DNA of 64,000 nucleotides from Octopus sinensis (lineage: Eukaryota): the NCBI RefSeq assembly GCF_006345805.1, contig NC_043012.1, positions 20,522,001 through 20,586,000 on the forward strand, read 5' to 3'. Shown here piece by piece: positions 26,158 to 39,300 of this stretch. Positions within the stretch are counted from its first letter, which is position 1, and each line of letters begins with the position of its first letter. The position numbers were made by a program, and so were the translations under genes. Under the pieces are notes generated by a model. The model was not told where the DNA came from and did not search any database. It worked only from the letters and a program-made list of their open reading frames with translations.

Positions 26158-28200
26158 TAGATTCTATTTATAGATTCTATTTATAGATTCTATTTATAGA
26201 TTCTATTTATAGATTCTATGTATAGATACAATTTATAGATTCTATTTATTTATATAGAATATAACTATTTTAAAATGCTGTTCTATTTTTAGTTTATTTG
26301 TCCTATTTTAATTTGCTGTTCTATTTTTAGTTTATTTGTTCAATTTTTAGTTTATTTGTTCTATTTTTAGTTTATTTGTTCTATTTTTAGTTTATTTGTC
26401 CTATTTTAGTTGCTGTTCTTTTTAGTTTATTTGTTCTATTTTTAGTTTATCTTTTCTATATTTAGTTTATTTGTTCTGTTTTTAGTTGCTGTTCTATTTT
26501 TAGTTTTTTTGTTCTATTTTTAGTTGCTGTTCTAATTTTAGTTTATTTGTTCTATTTTTAGTTTCTTTGTCCTATTTTTAGTTGCTGTTCTATTTTTGTT
26601 TATTTGTTCTATTTCTAGTTTATTTGTCCTATTTTTAGTTTATTTTTAGTGGCTGTGCTATTTTTAGTTTATTTGTTCTATTTTTAGTTGCTGTTCTATT
26701 TAGTTTATTTTCGTTCTATTTATTATTTGTTCTAATTTTAGTATATTTGTCCTATTTTCAGTTGCTGGTCTATTTTTAATTTATTTGTACTATTTTTAGT
26801 TGCTGTTCTACTTTTTAGTTTATTTGTTCTATTTTTAGTTTATTTCTTCTATTTTTAGTTTCTTTGTTCTATTGTTAGTTGCTGCTCTTAATTTTTAGTT
26901 TATTTGTTCTATTTTTAGTTGCTTTTCTATTTTTAGTTTATTTGTTCTATTTTTAGTTTATTTGTCCTACTCTTAGTTTATTTGTCCTTTTTTTAATTTA
27001 TTTGTTCTATTTTTAGTTTATTTGTTCTATTTTTAGTTTATTTGTCCTATTTTTAGTTTATTTGTTCTATTTTTAGTTTACTTGTTCTATGTTTCGTTTA
27101 TTTGTCCTATTTTTAGTTGCTGTTCTATTTTTAGTTTATTTGTCCTATTTTTAGTTTATTTGTTCTATTTATACTTTACTTGTTCTATTTTTAGTTTATT
27201 TGTCCTATTTTTAGTTACTGTTCTATTTTTAGATTATTTGTTCTATTTTTAGTTTATTTATTCTATTTTTAGTTAATTTCTCCTATTTTTAGTTTATTTG
27301 TTCTATTTTTAGTTTATTTGTTCTATCTTTAGTTTATTTGTCCGATTTTTAGTTGCTGTTCTATTTCTAGTTTATTTGTTCTATTTTTAGTTGCTCTTCT
27401 ATTTTTAGTTTATTTGTTCTATTCTTAGTTTATTTGTTTTATTTTTAGTTTTTTGTTCTTTTTTTAGTTTATTGTCCTATTTTTAGTTTATTTGTTGTAT
27501 TTTTAGTTTACTTGTTCTATTTTATTTATTTGTCCTGTGTTTTTTAGTGTGCTGTTCTACTTTTAGATTATTTGTCCTATTTTTAGTTTATATGTCCTAT
27601 TTTTAGTTTATTTGTTCTATTTTTAGTTTATTTGTCCTTTTTATAGATTCTATTTATAGATTCTATTTATAGATTCTATTTTTAGATTCTATATATAGGT
27701 ACTAGTTATTTATTTATATATTTATTTATAGATTCTATTTATAGATTCTATTTATAGATTCTATTTATAGAAACTATTTATAGATTGTATTTATAGATCC
27801 TATTTATAGATTCTATTAATAGATTCTATTTTTTGATTCTATTTATAGATAGTATTTATTTATTATTATTTTACTTATTTAATTATAGTTTATTTATAGC
27901 TTCTATTTTTAGCTTCTATTTATAGCTTTTATTTATAGCTTGTATTTGTAGCTTCTATTTATAGCTTCTATTTAATAGCTACTAATTATAGATTCTATTT
28001 ATAGATTCTATTTATCGATTCTATTATAGATTATTTATAGATTCTATTTTTTATATTTATTTATTTATTTATAGATTCTATTTATAGATTCTATTTATAG
28101 ATTCTATTTATAGATTCTATTATAGATTCTATGTATAGATACAATTTATAGATTCTTATTATTTAATATAGATATAACTATTTTAAATGCTTGTTCTATT
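20750..28200 (+). repeat. Satellite domain with 13-bp C/D blocks alternating with A/B blocks; ~1.18 and ~1.9 kb higher-order repeats
   Basis: Block-end marker GAATATAACT at 22020, 23201, 24379, 26257 and a variant at 28171. Confidence 0.9.
24825..24970 (-). repeat. Short inverted satellite segment (~7 A units)
   Basis: Switches to A-rich GAACAAATAAACTAAAAATA at ~24825 and back at 24971. Confidence 0.95.
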
Positions 28201-29104
28201 TTTAGTTTATTTGTCTATTTTTAATTTGCTGTTCTATTTTAGTTTATTTGTTCAATTTTAGTTTATTTGTTCTATTTTAGTTTATTTGTTCTTTTTAGTT
28301 TATTTGTCCTATTTTAGTTGCTGTTCTTTTTAGTTTATTTGTTCTATTTTTAGTTTATCTTTTCTATATTTAGTTTATTTGTTCTGTTTTTAGTTGCTGT
28401 TCTATTTTTAGTTTTTTTGTTCTATTTTTAGTTGCTGTTCTAATTTTAGTTTATTTGTTCTATTTTTAGTTTCTTTGTCCTATTTTTAGTTGCTGTTCTA
28501 TTTTTTGTTTATTTGTTCTATTTCTAGTTTATTTGTCCTATTTTTAGTTTATTTTTAGTGGCTGTGCTATTTTTAGTTTATTTGTTCTATTTTTAGTTGC
28601 TGTTCTATTTTTAGTTTATTTGTTCTATTTTTAGTTTATTTGTTCTAATTTTAGTATATTTGTCCTATTTTCAGTTGCTGGTCTATTTTTAATTTATTTG
28701 TACTATTTTTAGTTGCTGTTCTACTTTTAGTTTATTTGTTCTATTTTTAGATTAATTGTCCTATTTTTAGTTTATTTGTTCTATTTTTAGTTTATTTCTT
28801 CTATTTTTAGTTTCTTTGTTCTATTGTTAGTTGCTGCTCTTAATTTTTAGTTTATTTGTTCTATTTTTAGTTGCTTTTCTATTTTTAGTTTATTTGTTCT
28901 ATTTTTAGTTTATTTGTCCTACTCTTAGTTTATTTGTCCTTTTTTTAATTTATTTGTTCTATTTTTAGTTTATTTGTTCTATTTTTAGTTTATTTGTCCT
29001 ATTTTTAGTTTATTTGTTCTATTTTTAGTTTACTTGTTCTATGTTTCGTTTATTTGTCCTATTTTTAGTTGCTGTTCTATTTTTAGTTTATTTGTCCTAT
29101 TTTT

Positions 29105-32100
29105 AGAGAAAAGCAACTAAAAATAGAACAAATAAACTAAAAATAAGAGCAGCAACTAACAATAGAACAAATAAACTAAAAATAGAAGAAATAAACTAAA
29201 AATAGAACAAATAAACTAAAAATAGGACAAATAATCTAAAAATAGAACAAATAACCTAAAAGTAGAAGAGCAACTAAAAATAGTACAAATAAATGAAAAA
29301 TAGACCAGCAACTAAAAATAGGACAAATAAACTAAAAATAGGACAAATAAACTAAAAATAGAACAAATAAACTAAAAATAGAACAGCAACTAAAAATAGA
29401 ACAAATAAACTAAAAATAGCACAGCAACTAAAAATAAAACAAAGAAAATAAAAATAGGACAAATAAACTAAAAATAAGAGCTGCAACTAACAATAGAACA
29501 AATAAACTAAAAATAGAAGAAATAAACTAAAAATAGAACAAATAAACAAAAAATAGAACAGCAACTAAAAATAGAACAAATAAACTAAAAATAGCGCAGC
29601 AACTAAAAATAGAACAAATAAACTAAAATCTAAAATCTATAGAATCTATAAATAGAACAAATAAACTAAAAATAGAACAAATAAACTAAAAATAGGACAA
29701 ATAAACTAAAAATAGAACAAATAAACTAAGAATAGAACAAATAAACTAAAAATAGAAGAGCAACCAAAAATAGAACAAATAAACTAAAAATAGAACAGCA
29801 ACTAAAAATCGGACAAATAAACTAAAAATAGAACAAATAAACTAAAAATAGAACAAATAAACTAAAAATAGGATAAATTAACTAAAAATAGAAATAAACT
29901 AAAAATAGAACAAATAATCTAAAAATAGAACAGCAACTAAATATATGTCAAATAAACTAAAAATAGAACAAGTAAAGTATAAATAGAACAAATAAACTAA
30001 GAAATAGGACAAATAAACTAAAAATAGAACAGCAACTAAAAATAGGACAAATAAACGAAAAATAGAACAAGTAAACTAAAAATAGAACAAATAAACTAAA
30101 AATAGGACAAATAAACTAAAAATAGAACAAATAAACTAAAAATAGAACAAATAAATTAAAAAAAGGACAAATAAACTAAAAGTAGGACAAATAAACTAAA
30201 AATAGAACAAATAAACTAAAAATAGAAAAGCAACTAAAAATAGAGCAAATAAACTAAAAATTAAGAGCAGCAACTAACAATAGAACAAATAAACTAAAAA
30301 TAGAAGAAATAAACTAAAAATAGAACAAATAAATTAAAAATAGAACAGCAACTAAAAATAGAACAAATAAACTAAAAATAGCACAGCAACTAAAAATAGA
30401 ACAAATAAACTAAAATCTAAAATTTATAAATAGAATCTATAAATAGAACAAATAAACTAAAAATAGAACAAATAAACTAAAAATAGGACAAATAAACTAA
30501 AAATAGAACAAATAAACTAAAAATAGAACAAATAAACTAAAAATAGAACAAATAAACTAAGAATAGAACAAATAAACTAAAAATAGAAGAGCAACTAAAA
30601 ATAGAACAAATAAACTAAAAATAGAAGGACTACTAAAAATAGAACAAATAAACTAAAAATAGAACAGCAACTAAAAACAGAAGAAAGAAACTATTAATAG
30701 AACAAATAAACTAAAAATAGAACAATTAAACTAAAAATAGAACAAATAAACTAAACATAGAACATCAACTAAAAATAGAACAAATAAACTAAAAATAGGA
30801 CAAATAAACTAAAAATAGAACAGCAGCTAAAAATAGGACGAATAAACTAAAAAAAGAACAAGTAAACTAAAAATAGAACAAATAAACTAAAAATAGGACA
30901 AATAAACAAAAAATAGAACAAATAAACTAAAAATAGAACAGCAACTAAAAATAGGACAAATAAACTAAAAATAGAACAAATAAACTAAAAATAGAACAGC
31001 AACTAAAAATAGAACAAATAAACTAAAAATAGAATAGCAACTAAAAACAGAAGAAATAAACTAAAAATAGAACAAGTAAACTAAAAATAGAACAAATAAA
31101 CCAAAAATAGGACAAATAAACTAAAAATAGAACAGATAAACTAAAAATAGAATAAATAAACTAAAAATAGAACAGCAACTAAAATAGGACAAATAAACTA
31201 AAAATAGAACAAATAAACTAAAAAAGGAACAAAGAAACTAAAAATAGAACAGCAACTAAAAATAGGACAAATAAACTAATAATAGAACAGCATCTAAAAA
31301 GAGTTATATTCTATATAAATAAATAGAATCTATAAATAGTATCTATACATAGAATCTATAAATAGAATCTATAAATAGAATTTATAAAAAGAATCTATAA
31401 ATAGTATCTATAAATAGAATCTATAAATAGAATCTATAAATAAATAAATAAATAAATAAATAAATAGAATATATAAATAGAATCTATAAATAGAATCTAT
31501 AAATAGAATCTATAAATAGAATCTATAAATAGAATCTATAAATAAATAAATAAATAAATAAAAAGAATCTATAAATAGAATCTATAAATAGAATCTATAA
31601 ATAGAACAAATAAACTAAAAATGGGACAAATAATCTAAAAATAGGACAAATAAACTAAAAATAGAACAAATAAACTAAAAATAGAACAAATAAACTAAAA
31701 ATAGAATAAATAAACTAAAAATAGAACAGCAACTAAAAATAGAACAGCAACTAAAAATAGAACAAATAAACTAAAAATGGAACAAATAAACTAAAAATGG
31801 AACAAATAAACTAAAAATAGAACAAATAAACTAAAAATAGAACAAATAATCTAAAAATAGAACTTCAACTAAAAATAGGACAAATTAACTAAAAATAGAA
31901 TAAGTAAACTAAAAATACAACAAATAAACTAAAAATAGGACAAATAAACTAAAAATAGAACAGCAACTAAAAATAGAATAAGTAAACTAAAAATAGAACG
32001 AATAAACTATAAATAGAACAGCAACTAAAATAGGACAAATAAACTAAAAATAGAAAAAATAAACTAAAAATAGAAGAAATAAACTAAAAATAGGACATCA

Positions 32101-33396
32101 ACTAACAATAGGACAAATAAACTAAAAATAGAACAAATAAATTAAAAATAGGACAAATAAACTAAAAGTAGGACAAATAAACTAAAAATAGAACAAATAA
32201 ACTAAAAATAGAAAAGCAACTAAAAATAGAACAAATAAACTAAAAATAAGAGCAGCAACTAACAATAGAACAAATAAGCTAAAAATAGAAGAAATAATCT
32301 AAAAATAGAACAAATAAACTAAAAATAGGACAAATAATCTAAAAATAGAACATATAAACAAATAAACTAAAATCTAAAATCTATAAATAGAATCTATATA
32401 TAGAACAAATTAACTAAAAATAGAACTACAACTAAAAATAGGACAAATTAACTAAAAATATAACAAGTAAACTATAAATACAACAAATAAACTAAATAGA
32501 ACAGCAACTAAAAATAGGAGAAATAAACTAAAATTAGAACAAGTAAACTAGAAATAGAAAAAATAAACTAAAAATAGGACAAATAAACTAAAAAAAGAAC
32601 AAATAAACTAAAAATAGTACAAATAAATTAAAAATAGACCAGCAACTAAAAATAGGAAAAATAAACTAAAAATAGAACAAATAAACTAAAAATAGAACAA
32701 ATAAACTAAAAATAGAACAGCAACTAAAAATAGAACAAATAAACTAAAATCTAAAATCTATAAATAGAACAAATTAACTAAAAATAGAACAAATAAAATA
32801 AAAATAGAACATATAAACTAAAAATAGAAGAAATAAACTAAAAATAGAACAGCAACTAAACAGGATAAATAAACTAAAATAGAATGAATAAAATAAAAAT
32901 AGAACAAATAAACTAAAAAGAGAACAAAAAAACTAACAATAGAAGAGCAACTAAAAATAGAACAAATAAACTAAATATAGAACAGCAAACAAGTAGAACA
33001 AATAAACAAATAAAAAGAACAGAACTAAATAAAAACAGCAACTAAATAAAGAACAGCAACTAAAAATAGAGCAAATAAACTAAAAATAGAACAGCAACTA
33101 AATATAGAACAAATAAACTAAAAATAGAACAGCCACTAAAAATAGAACAAATAAACTAAAAATAGACCAGCAACTAAAAATAGGACAATAAACTAAAAAT
33201 AGAACAGCAACTAAAAATAGAATAAACAAGCTAAAAATAGACCAGCAACTAAAAATAGGACAAATAAACTAAAAATAGGACAAATAAGCTAAAAATAGAA
33301 CAAAAAAACTAAAAATAGCACAGCAACTAAAAATAGAACAAAGAAAATAAAAATAGGACAAATAAACTAAAAATAAGAGCTGCAACAATAAAACTA
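29105..33396 (-). repeat. Inverted satellite block, ~4.3 kb
   Basis: A-rich orientation from TTTTAG|AGAAAAGCAACT (~29105) to AAACTAA|TTTATCC (~33396). Confidence 0.95.
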
Positions 33397-36300
33397 ATTT
33401 ATCCTATTTTTAGTTTATTTGTTCTATTTTTAGTTTATTTGTTCTATTTTTAGTTTATTTGTCCTCTTTTTAGTTTATTTGTTCTATTTTTAGTTTATTT
33501 GTTCTATTTATAGATTCTATTTATAGATTTTAGATTTTAGTTTATTTGTTCTATTTTTAGTTGCTGTGCTATTTTTAGTTTATTTGTTCTATTTTTAGTT
33601 GCTGTTCTATTTTTTGTTTATTTGTTCTATTTTTAGTTTATTTCTTCTATTTTTAGTTTATTTGTCCTATTTTTAGTTGCTGGTCAATTTTTAGTTTATT
33701 TGTTCTATTTTTAGTTGCTGTTCTACTTTTAGTTTATTTGTTCTATTTTTAGTTTATTTGTCCTATTTTTAGTTTATTTGTTCTATTTTTAGTTTATTTC
33801 TTCTATTTTTAGTTTATTTGTTCTATTGTTAGTTGCAGCTCTTATTTTTAGTTTATTTGTCCTATTTTTATTTTCTTTGTTCTATTTTTAGTTGCTGTGC
33901 TATTTTTAGTTTATTTGTTCTATTTTTAGTTGCTGTTCTATTTTTAGTTTATTTGTTCTATTTTTAGTTTATTTGTCCTATTTTTAGTTTATTTGTCCTA
34001 TTTTTAGTTGCTGGTCTATTTTTCATTTGTTTGTACTATTTTTAGTTGCTCTTCTACTTTTAGTTTATTTGTTCTATTTTTAGATTATTTGTCCTAATTT
34101 TTAGTTTATTTGTTCTATTTTTAGTTTATTTCTTCTATTTTTAGTTTATTTGTTCTATTGTTAGTTGCTGCTCTTATTTTTAGTTTATTTGTTCTATTTT
34201 TAGTTGCTTTTCTCTTTTTAGTTTATTTGTTCTATTTTTAGTTTATTTGTCCCACTTTTAGTTTATTTGTCCTATTTTTAATTTATTTGTTCTATTTATT
34301 TATTTATTTATTTATTTATAGATTCTATTTATAGATACTATTTATAGATTCTATTTATAGATTCTATTTATAGATTCTATGTATAGATACTATTTATAGA
34401 TTCTATTTATTTATATAGAATATAACTATTTTTAGATGCTGTTCTATTATTAGTTTATTTGTCCTATTTTTATTTGCTGGTCTATTTTTAGCTTGTTTGT
34501 CCTATTTTTAGTTTATTTGTCCTATTTTTAGTTGCTGGTCTATTTTTAGCTTGTTTATTCTATTTTAGTTGCTGTTCTATTTTAGTTTATTGTCCTATTT
34601 TTAGTTGCTGGTCTATTTTATTTTATTGTTCTATTTTTAGTGGCTGTTCTATTTTAGTTTATTTGTTCTATATTTGTGCTGTTCTATTTTTAGTTTATTT
34701 GCTCTATTTTTAGTTGCTGTTCTTTTTTTAGTTGCTGTTTTATTTTTAGTTGCTGTTCTATATTTAGCTTATTTGTTCTATTTTTAGTTGCCCGTTCTAT
34801 ATTTAGTTTATTTGTTCTATTTTTAGTTGCTCTTCTATTTTTAGTTTTTTTGTTCTCTTTTTAGTTTATTTGTTCTATTTTTATTTTATTCATTCTATTT
34901 ATAGTTTATTTATCCTATGTTTAGTTGCTGTTCTATTTTTAGTTTATTTCTTCAATTTTTAGTTTATATGTTCTATTTTTATTTTATTTGTCCTATTTTT
35001 AGTTAATTTGTTCTATTTATAGATTCTATTTATAGATTTTAGATTTTAGTTTATTTGTTCTATTTTTAGTTGCTGTTCTATTTTTAGTTTATTTGTTCTA
35101 TTTTTAGTTTATTTGTTCAATTTTTAGTTTATTTGTCCTATTTTTAGTTGCTGGTCTATTTTTAATTTATTTGTACTATTTTTAGTTTATTTGTTCTATT
35201 TTTAGATTATTTGTCCTATTTTTAGTTTATTTGTTTTATTTTTAGTTTATTTCTTCTATTTTTAGTTTATTTATTCTAGTTTTAGTTTATTTATCCTATT
35301 TTTAGTTGCTGTTCTATTTTTAGTTTATCTGTTCTATTTTTAGTTTATATGTCTTATTTTTAGTTTATTTGTTCTATTTTTAGTTTATTTGTCCTATTTT
35401 TAGTTTATTTGTTCATTTTTAGTTTATTTGTCCTATTTTTAGTTTATTTTTTCTATTTCTAGTTTACTTGTTCTAATTTTAGTTTATTTCTCCTATTTTT
35501 AGTTGCTGTTCTATTTTTAATTTATTTGTCCTATTTTTAGTTTATTTGTTGTATTTATAGTTTACTTGTTCTATTTTTAGTTAATTTGTCCTATTTTTAG
35601 TTGTAGTTCTATTTTTAGTTAATTTGTTCTATATATAGATTCTATTTATAGATTTTAGATTTTAGTTTATTTGTTTATATGTTCTATTTTTAGATTATTT
35701 GTCCTATTTTTAGTTTATTTGTTCTATTTTTAGATTATTTCTTCTATTTTTAGCTTATTTGTTCTATTGTTAGTTGCTGCTCTTATTTTTAGTTTATTTG
35801 TTCTATTTTTAGTTGCTTTTCTATTTTTAGTTTATTTGTTCTATTTTTAGTTTATTTGTCCTACTTTTAGTTTATTTGTCCTATTTTTAATTTATTTGTT
35901 CTATTTTAGTTTATTGTTCTATTTTAGTTATTTGTCCTATGTTTAGTTGAATTGTCCTATTTTTAGTTATTCTTCTATTTTTAGTTTATTTTTTCTATTT
36001 TTAGTTTATTTGTCCTATTTTAGTTCCTGTTCTATTTATAGTTTATTCGTTCTATTTTTAGTTTATCTGTCCTATTTTTAGTTTATATGTCTTATTTTTA
36101 GTTTATTTGTTCTATTTTTAGTTAATTTGTCCTATTTTTAGTTGAAGTTCTATTTTTAGATTATTTGTTCTATTTTTAGTTTATTTGTTCTATTTTTAGT
36201 TTATTTGTTCCATTTTTAGTTTATTTGTCCTATTTTTAGTTTATTTGTTCTATTTATACTTTACTTGTTCTATTTTTAGTTTATTTGACATTTTTTTAGT

Positions 36301-39300
36301 TGCTGTTCTATTTTTAGATTATTTGTTCTATTTTTAGTTTATTTCTATTTTTAGTTAATTTATCCTATTTCTAGTTTATTTGTTCTATTTTTAGTTTATT
36401 TGTTCTATTTTTAGTTTATTTGTCCGATTTTTAGTTGCTGTTCTATTTTTAGTTTATTTGTTCTATTTTTAGGTTGCTTCTATTTTAGTTATTTGTTCTA
36501 TTTTTAGTTTATTCTATTTTTAGTTTATTTTTCTATTTTATTTATGTGTTCTATTTTAGTTTATTTGTCCTATTTTTAGTTTATTTATTTCTATTAGTTT
36601 ATTTGTTCTATTTATAGATTCTATTTATAGATTTTAGATTTTAGTTTATTTGTTCTATTTTTAGTTGCTGTGCTATTTTTAGTTTATTTGTTCTATTTTT
36701 AGTTGCTGTTCTATTTTTTGTTTATTTGTTCTATTTTTAGTTTATTTCTTCTGTTTTTAGTTGCTGTTCTATTTAGTTGCTGTTCTATTGTTCTATTTTT
36801 ATTATTTGTCCTATTTTAGTTTATTTGTTCTATTTTTAGTTTATTTCTTCTATTTTTAGTTTATTTGTTCTATGTTGTTGCAGCTCTTATTTTAGTTTAT
36901 TTGTCCTACTTTTTATTTTCTTTGTTCTATTTTAGTTGCTGTGCTATTTTTAGTTTATTTGTTCTATTTTAGTTGCTGTTCATTTTTTAGTGCTGTTCTA
37001 TTTTAGTTTATTTGTTCTATTTTAGGTTATTGTCCTATTTTTAGTTATTTGTCTATTTTTAGTTGCTGGTCTATTTTCATTTATTTTACTTTTACTTTTT
37101 TAGTGTGCTGGTCTATTTTTACTTTTTAGTTTATTTGTTCTATTTTTAGTTGCTTTTCTCTTTTTAGTTTATTTGTTCTATTTTTAGTTTATTTGTCCCA
37201 CTTTTAGTTTATTTGTCCTATTTTTAATTTATTTGTTCTATTTATTTATTTATTTATTTATAGATTCTATTTATAGACACTATTTATAGATTCTATTTAA
37301 AGATTCTATTTATAGATTCTATGTATAGATACTATTTATAGATTCTATTTATTTATATAGAATATAACTATTTTTAGATGCTGTTCTATTATTAGTTTAT
37401 TTGTCCTATTTTTAGTTTATTTGTTCTATTTGTAGTTTATTTCTTCTATTATTATTTTATTTTTTCTATTTTTAGTTTATTTGTTCTAATGTTAGTTGCA
37501 GCTCTTATTTTTAGTTTATTTGTCCTATTTTTATTTTCTTTGTTCTATTTTTAGTTGCTGTGCTATTTTTAGTTTTTTTGTTCTATTTTAAGCTTATTTG
37601 TCCTATTTTTAGTTTATTTGTCCTATTTTTAGTTGCTGGTCTATTTTTAGCTTGTTTTTCTATTTAAGTTGTGTTCTATTTTTAGTTTATTGTCCTATTT
37701 TTAGTTGCTGGTCTATTTTTAGTTTATTTGTTCTATTTTTAGTGGCTGTTCTATTTTTAGTTTATTTGTTCTATATTTAGTTGCTGTTCTATTTTTAGTT
37801 TATTTGCTCTATTTTTAGTTGCTGTTCTTTTTTTAGTTGCTGTTTTATTTTTAGTTGCTGTTCTATATTTAGTTTATTTGTTCTATTTTTAGTTGCTGTT
37901 CTATATTTAGTTTATTTGTTCTATTATTAGTTGCTCTTCTATTTTTAGTTTTTTGTTCTCTTTTTAGTTTATTTGTTCTATTTTTAGTTTATTTCTTCTA
38001 TTTTTAGTTTATATGTTCTATTTTTATTTTATTTGTCCTATTTTTAGTTAATTTGTTCTAATTATAGATTCTATTTATAGATTTTAGATTTTAGTTTATT
38101 TGTTCTATTTTTAGTTGCTTTTCTATTTTTAGTTTATTTGTTCTATTTTTAGTTTATTTGTCCTACTTTTAGTTTATTTGTCCTATTTTTAATTTATTTG
38201 TTCTATTTTTAGTTTATTTGTTCTATTTTTAGTTTATTTGTCCTATTGTTAGTTGATGTCCTATTTTTAGTTTATTTCTTCTATTTTTGTTTATTTTTTT
38301 CTAATTTTAGTTTATTTGTCCTATTTTAGTTGCTGTTCTATTTATAGTTTATTCGTTCTATTTTTAGTTTATCTGTTCTATTTTTAGTTTATATGTCTTA
38401 TTTTTAGTTTATTTGTTCTATTTTTAGTTTATTTGTCCTATTTTTAGTTTATTTGTTCTTTTTTTAGTTTATTTGTCCTATTTTTAGTTTATTTTTTCTA
38501 TTTCAGGTTTATTTGTTCTAATTTTAGTTTATTTCTCCTATTTTTAGTTGCTGTTCTATTTTTAGTTTATTTGTCCTATTTTTAGTTTATTTGTTGTATT
38601 TTTAGTTTACTTGTTCTATTTTTAGTTAATTTGTCCTATTTTTAGTTGAAGTTCTATTTTTAGATTATTTGTTCTATTTTTAGTTTATTTGTTCTATTTT
38701 TAGTTTATTTGTTCCATTTTTAGTTTATTTGTTCCATTTTAGTTTATTGGTTCTCTTTTTAGTTGCTGTTCTATTTTTAGTTGCTGTTCTATTTTAGTTA
38801 TTTATTCTATTTTTAGTATTTGTTCTATTTTTAGTTTATTTGTTTTATTTTTAGTTATTTGTCCTATTTTTAGATTATTTGTCCAATTTTTAGTTTATTT
38901 GTTCTATTTATAGATTCTATTTATAGATTCTATTTTATAGATTCTATTTATAGATTCTATTTATAGATTCTATTTATAGATTCTATTTATATATTCTATT
39001 TATTTATTTATTTATTTATTCATTTATTTATTTATAGATTCTATTTATAGATTCTATTTATAGATACTATTTATAGATTCTTTTTATAAATTCTATTTAT
39101 AGATTCTATTTATAGATTTTATGTATAGATACTATTTATAGATTCTATTTATTTATATAGAATATAACTCTTTTTAGATGCTGTTCTATTATTAGTTTAT
39201 TTGTCCTATTTTTAGTTGCTGTTCTATTTTTAATTTCTTTGTTCCTTTTTTAGTTTATTTGTTCTATTTATAGTTTATTTGTCCTCTTTTAGTTGCTGTT